Assembly: GCA_963804235.1 (NCBI GenBank)
Contig: CAWDPP010000057.1
Location: forward strand, 13,603-77,602
Direction: 5' to 3'
DNA from: an uncultured Alphaproteobacteria bacterium
Lineage (GTDB): Bacteria > Pseudomonadota > Alphaproteobacteria > ATCC43930 > CGMCC-115725
Length of the DNA stretch: 64,000 bases
Positions within the stretch are counted from its first letter, which is position 1, and each line of letters begins with the position of its first letter. Below the pieces are notes generated by a model that had not been told where the DNA came from, did no database searches, and saw nothing but the letters and a program-made list of their open reading frames with translations. The translations under genes were made by a program, and so were the position numbers. Positions 26,762 to 35,934 of the stretch are shown in pieces.

Positions 26762-28245
26762 TCAGCCCTTCGCCGCGCGTGCGGCCGATGCGCCGGCGAT
26801 GCGGCCGAAGACGGCGCCCGAGGTGAGGCCGGAGCCGCCGGGATAGTTGAAATAGAAGAGCCCGCCGACCAGTTCGCCCGCGGCATAGAGGCCGGGGATC
26901 GGCCGGAAATCGAGATCGACCACTTCGCCGTCCGTGGTGATGCGCAATCCGCCGAAGGTGAAGGTGAGGCCGCAGGTGACGCCGTAGCCCTCGAACGGCG
27001 GCTCGTCGATCGTGTTGGCCCAGTTCGATTTCGGGATCGCGAGCCCCGTGGTGCCGCGGCCGTCCTTGACGTTGGGATTGAACGGCACGTCGGTGCGCAC
27101 GGCCTTGTTGTATTCGGCGATGGTCTTGACGAACTGCGCCGCATCGACGCCGTCGAGCTTCTGCGCCAGCTCCTCGATCGTCGCGGCGGTCACCTTGGTG
27201 ATGCGGCGGATGTTGTATTCGTCGCGCTGCAGGTGCTTCACCTTCTTGTCCCAGATCTGCCAGGCGAACTGGTTCGGCTGTTCCAGGATGACGCGGCCGT
27301 ACTTCGCATAGGTGTAGTTGCGGAAGTCGGCGCCCTCGTCGACGAAGCGCCGCCCGGTCGCGTTGACCATGATGGCGAACGGATAGGAATGTTTCTGGAA
27401 CTGGTCGCCGACCGCGAGGTCGCCGAACTCGGGCGCGTTCATGTCCCAGCCGACGGCGTGGCAGCCGGACCAGTTGCCGCAAGGGGATGCGCCGATCGCC
27501 AGCGCCATGCGGATGCCGTCGCCGGCGTTGAAGCGCGAGCCGCGCACCTTGGCGAGATCCCAGCCGGGGCCGAGATAGCGCGTGCGCCATTCGGGATTGG
27601 CCTCGAAGCCGCCGCAGGCGAGCACGACCGCGCCGGCCTTGAGCTCGCTGCGTCTGCACCGCCCGAGCGCACGTGCACGCCCGCGACGCGGCCCCGCTCG
27701 ACGACGAGATCGGTCGCGCGCGCGCCATAGCGGATTTCGACGCCGCGGCGCGTCGCGGCGCTGGTCAACTGCTCGACGAGGCCCGGGCCGCCGCCGACCG
27801 ATTCGACCGTGAGCCCGCCCCAGAACTTGAAGCGGCCGTCGATGCGGAACGCCTGGCGGCCATAGATCGGCACGAAGCGCACGCCCTTCTCGCGCATCCA
27901 GTTGGCGGCGGCGAAGCTGCGCGTCACCAGCAGCTCGACCAGATCGGGATTGGCGCGGTACTGCGTCACGCGCGCCATGTCGTCGAAGAACTGGTCCTGC
28001 GTGTAGGTGCCGAAATCGGAGGTGGCGATTTCCTGCGCGGTGAGATCGGGGATGAGCGTCTTGATGTCGTCGACGCCGTTATAGACGATGCGCATGGAGC
28101 CGGCGGTGAAGCGGCTGTTGCCGCCCGCTTCCTCGGGCGGCGCCGCCTCGAGCATCAGCACCTTGGCGCCCGCCTCCTCGGCCGCGAGCGCTGCGCAAAA
28201 GGCGGCGTTGCCCGCGCCGACCACGATCACGTCATGCGATGCCAT
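26762..28245 (-). CDS. FAD-dependent oxidoreductase of the fumarate-reductase/KstD/TcuA flavoprotein family; one frame break
   Basis: ATG at 28245 opens MASHDVIVVGAGNAAFCAALAAEEAGAKVLMLEAAP (dinucleotide fold), then ...GGNSRFTAG. The C-terminal part is GLYAAGELVGGLFYFNYPGGSGLTSGAVFGRIAG. The break is near 27640-27655. Confidence 0.8.
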
Positions 28246-28271
28246 CCCGATCCTCCTCGCGCGCGAGTGGG

Positions 28272-28337
28272 TCTTGCGCAGCGGAGCGAAGCAATCTCGG
28301 GGATTGCTTCGGCGCCGTCGCGGCGCCTCGCAATGAC
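28272..28337. repeat. REP-A element (variant copy)
   Basis: Sequence cttgcgcagcggagcgaagcaatctcggggattgcttcggcgccgtcgcggcgcctcgcaatgac. It shares the inner arms CGAAGCAATC/GGATTGCTTCG and the terminal CTCGCAATGAC with the other copies. Confidence 0.8.
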
Positions 28338-28387
28338 GGCGCGGCTTGGCGTATAACCGGGCGAACAAGTTTTGATGGGAAGAAGCG

Positions 28388-29488
28388 ATGGCCAGACTCG
28401 ATTTCGCCATGTGGGACGCGGTCGGCGGCTATGCCGAGCAATCGGTGCCGATGGCCGACATCTATGACGAGCACATCCGGCTCGCGCGCGAGGTCGAGGA
28501 GCTGGGCTACCACTCCTATTTCGTGATCGAGCACCAGAACTCGCCGATCGGCCGCATCACCGCGCCGACCGTGTATCTGACCGCGGTCGCGCGCGCGACC
28601 ACGCGGCTGCGCGTCGGCGCGATGATGTGGCAGCTGCCGTTCTATCATCCGATCCGGCTCGCGCAGGAAGTGGCGATGCTCGACCATCTGTCGCACGGGC
28701 GGGTCGAGTTCGGCACCGGCATCGGCGTGCACGAGCACGAATTCATCCGCTGGGGCGTCGACTATTACCAGCGCGCGGCGATGGCGGGCGAAGTGCTCGA
28801 CATCGTCAAGCGCGCCTGGACGCAGGACGAGGTGACGTTCGAAGGGAAATATTTCCACTTCGACGAGGCGCTGCCGCAGCCCAAACCGTTCCAGAAACCC
28901 TATCCGCCGATCTGGGCCGCGGTGCACAGCGACGCCTCGGTCGAGTTCGCCGCGCGCAACAATTACCACGTGTCGCAGAACCTCGACATCGACGAGGTGG
29001 TGGCGCAGAAATTCGACCTCTATCGCAAAATCTGGCGCGAGTGCGAACACAAGGGGCCGATGCCGCGCGTCTTCCTGCAGCGCCAGATGCATGTCGCCGA
29101 GACCGACGCCAAGGCGCGCGAGGAGGCCGAGCCCTATCTCCTCGGGCGCTCGGGCGGCGCCGTGCCGGTCGGCGGCGGGCCGATCGGGCAGACGCGCATC
29201 GGCTGGGGCTCGAACGCGCGCGGCATGGGGCGCGACAGTCTGCGCCCCGACGACGCGCGCCGCGGCGAGGCGATCAAGAAGGCCGGCGAGAGCTGGGACT
29301 ACAACATCGAGAACGGCCTCGCCATCGTGGGCTCGCCCGAGACGGTCATCAGGAAGCTCGAAGAGGGCAAGAAGCGGATCGGCTACGACATCTTCTGCGG
29401 CAACCACGAGATCGGCCGCATGCCGAAGGAGCTCGCGCTGAAATCGGTGCGGCTGCTCGGCAAGGAAGTGATCCCGGCGTTCAGGTGA
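28388..29488 (+). CDS. LLM-class (luciferase-like) flavin-dependent oxidoreductase
   Basis: Intact 366-aa ORF MARLDFAMWDAVGG...YHSYFVIEHQNSPIGRITAPTVYLTAVA...LAQEVAMLDHLSHGRVEFGTGIG. Confidence 0.85.
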   Translation: MARLDFAMWDAVGGYAEQSVPMADIYDEHIRLAREVEELGYHSYFVIEHQNSPIGRITAPTVYLTAVARATTRLRVGAMMWQLPFYHPIRLAQEVAMLDHLSHGRVEFGTGIGVHEHEFIRWGVDYYQRAAMAGEVLDIVKRAWTQDEVTFEGKYFHFDEALPQPKPFQKPYPPIWAAVHSDASVEFAARNNYHVSQNLDIDEVVAQKFDLYRKIWRECEHKGPMPRVFLQRQMHVAETDAKAREEAEPYLLGRSGGAVPVGGGPIGQTRIGWGSNARGMGRDSLRPDDARRGEAIKKAGESWDYNIENGLAIVGSPETVIRKLEEGKKRIGYDIFCGNHEIGRMPKELALKSVRLLGKEVIPAFR

Positions 29489-29491
29489 CAG

Positions 29492-30539
29492 CTAGGCTTC
29501 GGTGACGCGCCAGCGAATCTTTTCGCCGCCGCGGTGGATGAGGGCGCGCGCGTCCGGGCCTTCGACCGCAACCTCCTCGGGCACGGTCCACGGGCTCGCC
29601 TCGAGCGTGATGGTGTCGGCATTGACCGGCAGCCCGTAATGGCGCGCGCCGTTCAACGCGGCGAACGCCTCGAGGTTCGCGAGCGCGCCTTCCTCCTCGA
29701 ACACCTGCGCGTAGGACTCGATCGCGACCGGCGCATTGAACAGGCCGGGAATGCCGGTCGGATCGAGCTTTTTCGCCACCGGGTGCGGCGCCGAATCGGT
29801 GCCGAGGAAGAAGCACGGATCGCCCGAGGTGGCGGCCTTGCGCAGCGCCAGCCGGTCGCTCTCGCGCTTCAGCACCGGCATGCAATAGAAATACGGCTTG
29901 ATGCCGTAGCCGAGCATGTCGGTGCGCGTCAGCATCAGGTGATAGGGCGTGATGGTGGCGCCCAGTTGCGGCGCGGCGCTGCGTCACGAAATCGACCGCG
30001 ATCGCGCTGGAGATATGCTCCAGCACCATCTTGAGGCCGGGGAAATCCGTGAGCCAGTGCCTGAGCCAGCGGTCGATGAACACCGCCTCGCGGTCGAACA
30101 CGTCGATCGCGGGATCGGCCTCCTCGCCATGGATCAGGAGCGGCATGCCGATCTTCTCCATGCGCGCCAGCACCGGCCTGATCTTGCGGAAGTCGGTGAC
30201 GCCCGCGGCCGAGTATGTCGTGGCGTTGGCCGGATAAATCTTCACCGCCGTGAAGACGCGCTCGCGAAAACCGCGCTCGACCTCGTCGGGGCTCGTCTCG
30301 TCGGTCATGTAGCAGGTCATGAGCGGCTCGAATTTCGAGCCTTCGGGCAGAGCGGCGAGAAGCCGCGCGCGGTACGCCACGGCGTCGGCGACGCTGATCA
30401 CCGGCGGCACCAGGTTCGGCATGATGATGCCGCGCCCGAACGCGCGCGCCGAGAACGGCAGGCTCGCCTTCAGCATGGCGCCGTCGCGCACGTGCAGGTG
30501 CCAGTCGTCGGGGCGACGGATGGTGATGCGCTCCGCCAT
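29492..30539 (-). CDS. pyrC: dihydroorotase, E. coli-type (class II); one frame break near 29950
   Basis: ATG at 30539 opens MAERITIRRPDDWHLHVRDGAML (HxH), then ...IMPNLVPPV...FTAVKIYPANATT...MPLLIHGE. The next frame gives GATITPYHLMLTRTDML...YCMPVLKRESDRLALRKAATSGDPCFFLGTDSAPH. The protein is collinear with E. coli PyrC throughout. Confidence 0.88.
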
Positions 30540-30547
30540 CGCGCGCG

Positions 30548-31495
30548 TCAGCGGATGGGCGATGCGGCGGCGGCGTAGGTCTCGCGCGGCGGCTCGTCGA
30601 TCATCGCGCCGGTGAGGTCGGCAACGCGCGCGAAGCCGCGCCGCGCGCACCACGCGGCGAGATCGTCCACGAGCGACACGAGGCCCGAGGGATTGCGGAA
30701 CGTGAGGTACCCCACCATCACCGCCGAAGCGCCCGCGAGCATGTATTCGACCACGTCCTCGGCCTTGCAGATGCCGCCGCAGCCGATGATCGGAATCTTC
30801 ACCGCGCGCGCGCACTGATAGACCATGCGCAGGATGATGGGCTTGACGCCCGGCCCGGAGATGCCGCCGAGCTTGTTGCCGATCGCCGGGCGGAAATTGT
30901 CGAGATCGATCTTGAGGCCGAGGATCGTGTTCGAGACGACGAGCGCGTCGGCGCCGGCGCGCTCGGCCGCCTCGGCGATCGAGATGATGTCGCCGGCATT
31001 GGGCGAGAGCTTGGCCCAGATCGGCTTCTGCGTCGCCGCGCGCACGCCCTTCACGACCTGATAGGTGTGCTCTTCGTTCAACGCGAAATTGCCGCCGCCG
31101 GGACTGCGCGTCGGGCACGAGATGTTGAGCTCGATCGCCGCCACCTCGGGGATCGAAACCTCGCGCGCCATCTCGGCGAAATCCACCGGGTCCATCGAGG
31201 TGATGTTGGCGACGAGCGGCGGCGTGAATTGCTTGTATTCCGGCACCTGGTGCTCGAGGAAATATTTGAGCCCGTTGGTCGGCAGGCCGATCGAGTTGAT
31301 CATGCCGCATTCGACCTCGGCGATGCGCGGCGGCGGGTTGCCGGCGCGGAATTCGCGCGACACCGATTTCGAGACGAGCGCGCCCAGGCGGTTCAAATCC
31401 ATCACCTGCGCCAGCTCGGCCGAGAACGTGCCCGAGGCCGGCATGATCGGATTGGGCAGCGTGACGGCGCCGATCCGCACCGCGAGATCTACCAT
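30548..31495 (-). CDS. class 1B-type dihydroorotate dehydrogenase catalytic subunit-like flavoprotein
   Basis: ATG at 31495 opens MVDLAVRIGAVTLPNPIMPASGTF, then ...INSIGLPTNG...IELNISCPT (active-site Cys context)...GGISGPGVKPI...IIGCGGI. About 315 aa. It overlaps the upstream pyrK-like gene by 7 nt. Confidence 0.8.
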   Translation of the reverse strand: MVDLAVRIGAVTLPNPIMPASGTFSAELAQVMDLNRLGALVSKSVSREFRAGNPPPRIAEVECGMINSIGLPTNGLKYFLEHQVPEYKQFTPPLVANITSMDPVDFAEMAREVSIPEVAAIELNISCPTRSPGGGNFALNEEHTYQVVKGVRAATQKPIWAKLSPNAGDIISIAEAAERAGADALVVSNTILGLKIDLDNFRPAIGNKLGGISGPGVKPIILRMVYQCARAVKIPIIGCGGICKAEDVVEYMLAGASAVMVGYLTFRNPSGLVSLVDDLAAWCARRGFARVADLTGAMIDEPPRETYAAAASPIR

Positions 31496-32358
31496 CCGAC
31501 CGCCTCCTGCATGTCGAACACCGGCCCCTCGATGCAGACGCGGCGCAAAATCTTCTGGCCCTTGATCTCGAACGCCTTGACGCAGACGTAGCAGGGGCCG
31601 AGGCCGCACGCCATGACCTGCTCCATCGCCACCTGGCCGGGGATGTTGTGCGCCGCGCCCAAGCGCTTCATCGCCTGGAAGAGGCGGTTCGAGCCGCAGG
31701 TGAAGAACGCGTCGGCCTGTCCCGCGGCGATGAGGTCGCCGAGCAGCGCCTCGACATTCGCGACATCGCTCGTGCCGTCGCTGTCCAAGACCGGCACGAC
31801 GCGCGCGCCCACGTCCTCGAACAGATCATCGGTCATGACGAGATCGGCCTCGCGCGCCGACAGGATCGCGGTGACGCCGACCCCGGCCGCGCCCGCGAGC
31901 GCCGAGATGGGCGCGAGCGTGGCGAGCCCGACGCCGCGGCCCAGGACGACGATGTGGCGCCATCCCGGCGCGAGATGGAAGCCCACGCCCAAGGGCCCGA
32001 CGATGTTGAAGCGGTCGCCCGGCTTCAGCTGCGCCGCGCCGAACGTGCCGCGGCCCACGGTCTTGTACAGGAACTCGATGCGGCCCTGCGCGCGATCGAC
32101 GCGATAGATGCTCTGCGGGCGCCTCAGCCACAGCTCGCCGTCGTCGGGCGAGGGGCAGAGCCAGTTGAAGAATTGCCCGGCCTTGGCGGAGAGCGCCTTG
32201 TCCGAGGCGTCGAGCACGAGGTGCTTGTATTCGCGGTTGATCCAGTCGTTGCGCACGACCGGACAGAGCATTTCCTCGGCCGATTGCGGCGCAGGCGCGC
32301 CCTTCGGCGGGTCCTGGCCGACCACGAACGGCGCCGAGGCGAAGGCATACTGCGTCAT
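31489..32358 (-). CDS. PyrK-like FAD/NAD(P)-binding electron-transfer subunit with C-terminal Fe-S Cys cluster
   Basis: Intact 289-aa ORF. RRPQSIY is the flavin RxxS-type motif and VVLGRGVGLATL the nucleotide fold. The C-terminal segment is MACGLGPCYVCV...RVCIEGPVF, a Cys cluster as in PyrK. Confidence 0.78.
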   Translation of the reverse strand: MTQYAFASAPFVVGQDPPKGAPAPQSAEEMLCPVVRNDWINREYKHLVLDASDKALSAKAGQFFNWLCPSPDDGELWLRRPQSIYRVDRAQGRIEFLYKTVGRGTFGAAQLKPGDRFNIVGPLGVGFHLAPGWRHIVVLGRGVGLATLAPISALAGAAGVGVTAILSAREADLVMTDDLFEDVGARVVPVLDSDGTSDVANVEALLGDLIAAGQADAFFTCGSNRLFQAMKRLGAAHNIPGQVAMEQVMACGLGPCYVCVKAFEIKGQKILRRVCIEGPVFDMQEAVGW

Positions 32359-32428
32359 CGCCGTTTCTTAGCACGGGCCCTAGCGACGTACCAGTTGAGG
32401 CCGGGCTTCTTGCCGCGATCCGCGCATT

Positions 32429-32503
32429 GTCGTTGCGAGCGAGAGCGAAGCAATCCCCAGGCCGGCGGGGGATTGCTTCGTCGCTTTCGCTCCTCGCAAT
32501 GAC
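32429..32503. repeat. REP-A palindromic intergenic element (full copy)
   Basis: Sequence gtcgttgcgagcgagagcgaagcaatccccaggccggcgggggattgcttcgtcgctttcgctcctcgcaatgac. Confidence 0.85.
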
Positions 32504-32539
32504 GAGGGCAGATAAAATTAAGAACCGGCGCGTGGTGAA

Positions 32540-33152
32540 TTGGCAACGGACGCCGCGCTATCTTTGCCGCCGATGCAGTTCCTCACGAACTTTGGCGACG
32601 CCGGCGTGCTGCTGCCGCTGGCCGCGGTGATGTTCTTGTGGCTCCTCAGCCTGGCCGGGCGCAAGCAGGCGCTGATGTGGGGCCTGGCGGTGCTCGCCGC
32701 GGGCGGCGGCACGGCGCTTTTGAAGATCTGCATCTTCGCCTGCGGCTCGCCCGTCGCCACGCTCGAAAGTCCGAGCGGCCACGCCAGCATGAGCACGCTC
32801 GTCTATGGCGGCATCGCGCTCGTCGCGGGAACCGGGGGCGAGGTCTGGCCGCGCGTCGCCGCCGGAGCGGCCGGCGCCGCGCTCGTCGCGGCGATCGCGC
32901 TGTCGCGCATTCTTCTCGGCGCGCACAGCGCGAGCGAGGTCGTGGTCGGGCTCGCGATCGGCGCGCTCGCGCTCGGAATATTCGCGCTACAGCTATCTCG
33001 GCGGACGAGCGATCGGGCGGCGCGTGTGGCTGCTGCTTGTCCCGGCCGCGATCGTCGCCGCGCTGCTGCACGGACACCCGTCCCGGCTCGAGCCGCTGTG
33101 GCACGAGATCGCAGCCTATCTCAGCGCGACCACGGGCTTCTGCCGCGCCTAA
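32540..33152 (+). CDS. PAP2-family phosphatase (membrane); one frame break near 32975-32990
   Basis: PSGHASMS and SRILLGAHSASEVVVG are acid-phosphatase motifs 2 and 3. The last TM segment and tail (RRVWLLLVPAAIVAALLHGHPSRLEPLWHEIAAYLSATTGFCRA, stop TAA 33150-33152) lie in the neighbouring frame. The 610-aa track ORF is a read-through antisense to the transpeptidase gene. Confidence 0.75.
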
Positions 33153-33270
33153 CGCGCGACCACGGGATTGCCGCGCCTAAGCGCGGCCTGGGGGCTCTGC
33201 CGCGCCTAACGCGCGGCCTGGGGGCTTCTGCCGCGCCTACGCGCGGCCTGGGGGCTTCTGCCGCGCCTAG
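33124..33270. repeat. tandem array of five 27-30-nt stem-loop units
   Basis: Units start at 33124, 33154, 33181, 33211 and 33241. The consensus is GCGCGGCctgggggcttctGCCGCGCctaa/c/g, a 7-bp GC stem with an 11-12-nt loop. The first two units are variants (GCGCGACcacggg...). The array fills the gap between the convergent PAP2 and L,D-transpeptidase genes, and the first unit overlaps the PAP2 stop. Confidence 0.9.
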
Positions 33271-33271
33271 T

Positions 33272-34890
33272 CTAGAGGTTGGCCTGGCGCTCCTCCGCGC
33301 GGATCGCGCCGAGCGCGTCCTTGAGCCGCGCGTCGCGGCCGTAGAGATCGTCGCGGAACTCGACCGTGCCGTCCTCGTCGACGAAGCTCGTCGCATAGAG
33401 GATCCAGACGCGCCGCGGCCGCGTCAGATCGACCCGGCTCCTGCCGCCGGCGGCAATCGCTTCGCCGATGAGCTGTTCGTCCCAGCCGAGATCGCGCAGC
33501 ACGAAGCCCGCGAGCTCGGCCGCATGCTCGAGGCGGACGCAGCCGTGGCTCTGCGCGCGGAAGAAGCGGTCGAAGGCGAGGCGCGAGGGCGTGTCGTGGA
33601 GATAGACGTCGAACCGGTTCGGCGTCTCGAACTTGAGCTGACCGAGCGGATTCTTCGGGCCCGGCATCTGCTGCCAGCCGCGGCCCGGCGTGAACACGAT
33701 GTCGTTCTTGGCGAGATAGGAGCGATCATGCTTCGACTTCGGCATGATCTCGTTGGTGACGATCGAGGCCGGAATGGTCCAGGTCGGATTGAACTGCACC
33801 GCGACCATGGCGGTGCGCACGACCGGGGTCGGATGATCGGGATCGCCGACCACGACCTTCATGGTCACGGCGAGATTGCCGTCCTCGACGATGTCGAGCG
33901 TCTCGGCCGGCACGTTGACCATCATGTAGCTCGAGCCGAGATCGCGCGGCAGCGCGCGCCAGCGTTCGAGATTGAGCTCGATCTGCTCGACCCGCGCGCG
34001 CACCGGCACGTTCATGGCGGCGAGCGTCCGGGGCCCGATCGCGCCGTCGATGGCGATGCCGTAGCGGTGCTGAAAGCGGCGCACCGCCTCTTCCATCGCG
34101 CCGTCGAACGAAAGCGCCGGATCGTCGGGCGCGGCCGCGGCTTCGGGCGCGGGCGCGCCGCCGGAGACGGCGCTGACATGCTGGATCGGACCCGACGCCG
34201 CCGCGGGCGCACTCTCGGGCGCGGGCGGCGCTGCGGCGCCAGCGGCGCGAGATCGCCTTCGGCCTCGAGGCGCTTCCTCGCCGCGCGCACGCGCTCGCCC
34301 GTCATGCCGAGCTTCAACGGCTCGCCGCGCGGCACCTGCGCCCAGCCGCCGCCGGCCGCGATCGCGCGATAGCGCGCGAGCGCGCCGACGAGGCGCTGAT
34401 AGTACGGATGTTGCGGCGGCAAGGATGCGAACCAGGCGGCGAGGTCATGCTTGAGCGCGGCCGAAAGCCCGGCAGCCGCGTCGAAGGACGGCGCCGGGAT
34501 GGCCCAGTCCTGCTCGAGCTGGTCGAGGGGCACGCGCCCTTTGGCGAGCGCCGCGGCAGAGGCGAGCGCGAGGCGCGACAACGCCACGTCGCGCGCCGCC
34601 GTGGCGCCCTCCGCCGGCGCTTTCGGCAGGGCGAAATCGAGCCCCTGGTCCGCCGCCTTGGCCAGCGCGTCCGCCAGCGCCGCGACCTGCGCCGGGTCGG
34701 ACCAGGCCGGGGCGTCGTTGCGCGCGGCATAGAACGCGCGCAGGCTGGCCGCATCGGCGTCGGCCGAGTCGCGCGCGAGGAGAGCGGCGATCGCGTCCGC
34801 CGCCGGCTGCGGCGCATCGCTCCAGGCCGGCGCCGGGTGGCCCAAAACCAGCCAGGCGAGCAGGGCGACGATGGGCAAGCGAATCTGCAT
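33272..34890 (-). CDS. L,D-transpeptidase (YkuD domain) with peptidoglycan-binding domain, YcbB-like; one frame break near 34230
   Basis: Signal peptide MQIRLPIVALLAWLVLGHPAPA. PG_binding_1-like region AMEEAVRRFQHRYGIAIDGAIGPRTLAAMN. Catalytic region YLHDTPSRLAFDRFFRAQSHGCVRL. The N- and C-terminal halves lie in two frames joined in an Ala/Pro-rich linker. Confidence 0.85.
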
Positions 34891-35057
34891 GTCGATCCTC
34901 GGGCGCGCGCGACGCCCGCCGCCCGATCCATAGCAGAAATCCCGTCGCGTTGAGACGAGAACACAACGGGCTACGGAAAGTCCTTGGCGCGTTGTGACAA
35001 CATGGTCACACCCGCCGGGCCGCCGCAGCCGAGGGTTTAGTGATACTCTGCCCGCCC

Positions 35058-35934
35058 ATGATCCTGCGTCTTGCCGCCATCGCCCTCCTGCTCGCGCCGG
35101 CCGGCCTGGCGCGGGCCGCGGACAGCAACCCGTGGAGTGAGGCGGGCGCGCCCACGGCAGGAGCGCCCGCGGCGATCGGCAGCCCGGCCAAGGGCTGCCT
35201 CGAGGGCGCCGTCATGCTGCCGCCGGACGGCGACGGGCTACCAGGTCATAAGGCTCAGCCGCCGGCGCTATTTCGGCCTGCCCGAGACGGTCGATTTCGT
35301 GCGCCGGCTCGGCGCCGAGGCGGCCGCTTCGCGGCTGCCGCCGTTCTATGTCGGCGACATGGCGCAGCCGCGCGGCGGGCCGCTGCCGTTCGGGCACGCG
35401 AGCCACCAGACCGGGCTCGATGTCGATATCTGGTTCACGCTCGAGCCGAAGCCGGCGCTGGCGCCCGCCGCGCGCGAGGACGTGGATCTACCGTCGATGC
35501 TGCTGCCGAGCTGGCGCGCGGTCGATCCGAAGCGTTTCGGCGAGCGCCAGATCGCGCTCCTCCGGCTCGCCGCGCGCGACACGCTGGTCGACCGCATCTT
35601 CGTCAATCCGGTGATCAAGGCGACGCTGTGCCGCCGCCTGCCGCCAGCCGAGCATGCCTGGCTCGGCAAGCTCAGGCCGTGGTTTGCGCACGACGACCAT
35701 TTCCACGTCCGCCTGAACTGCCCGCCCGATTCGCCGGAGTGCGAGCCCCAGGCGCCGGTGCCGCCGGGCGACGGATGCGATGCGACGCTGGCGTCGTGGG
35801 TGCGCGACCAGCGCCCGCCGAAGCCGGGCGAGGCGGCGCCGCCGCGCAAGATGCCGACGCTTCCGGCGGAATGCCGCGCCGTGCTGGCGATGCCGGGCGC
35901 AGCCGGCTTCGCGAGCGCTACTTCTCCTCCATGA
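35058..35934 (+). CDS. mepA: penicillin-insensitive murein endopeptidase MepA; one frame break at G3 run 35236-35238
   Basis: The first frame gives MILRLAAIALLLAPAGLARA (signal) ...GCLEGAVMLPPDGDG. The second gives YQVIRLSRRRYFGLPETVDFVRRLG...GGPLPFGHASHQTGLDVDIWF...LRPWFAHDDHFHVRLNCP (His/Asp zinc ligands). Confidence 0.85.

Noticed and set aside
33124-33270. Possible CRISPR array (regular ~30-nt palindromic repeats)
   Set aside because: The units are directly adjacent with no unique spacers, and no cas genes are present in the window. It is a tandem hairpin repeat, not a CRISPR.
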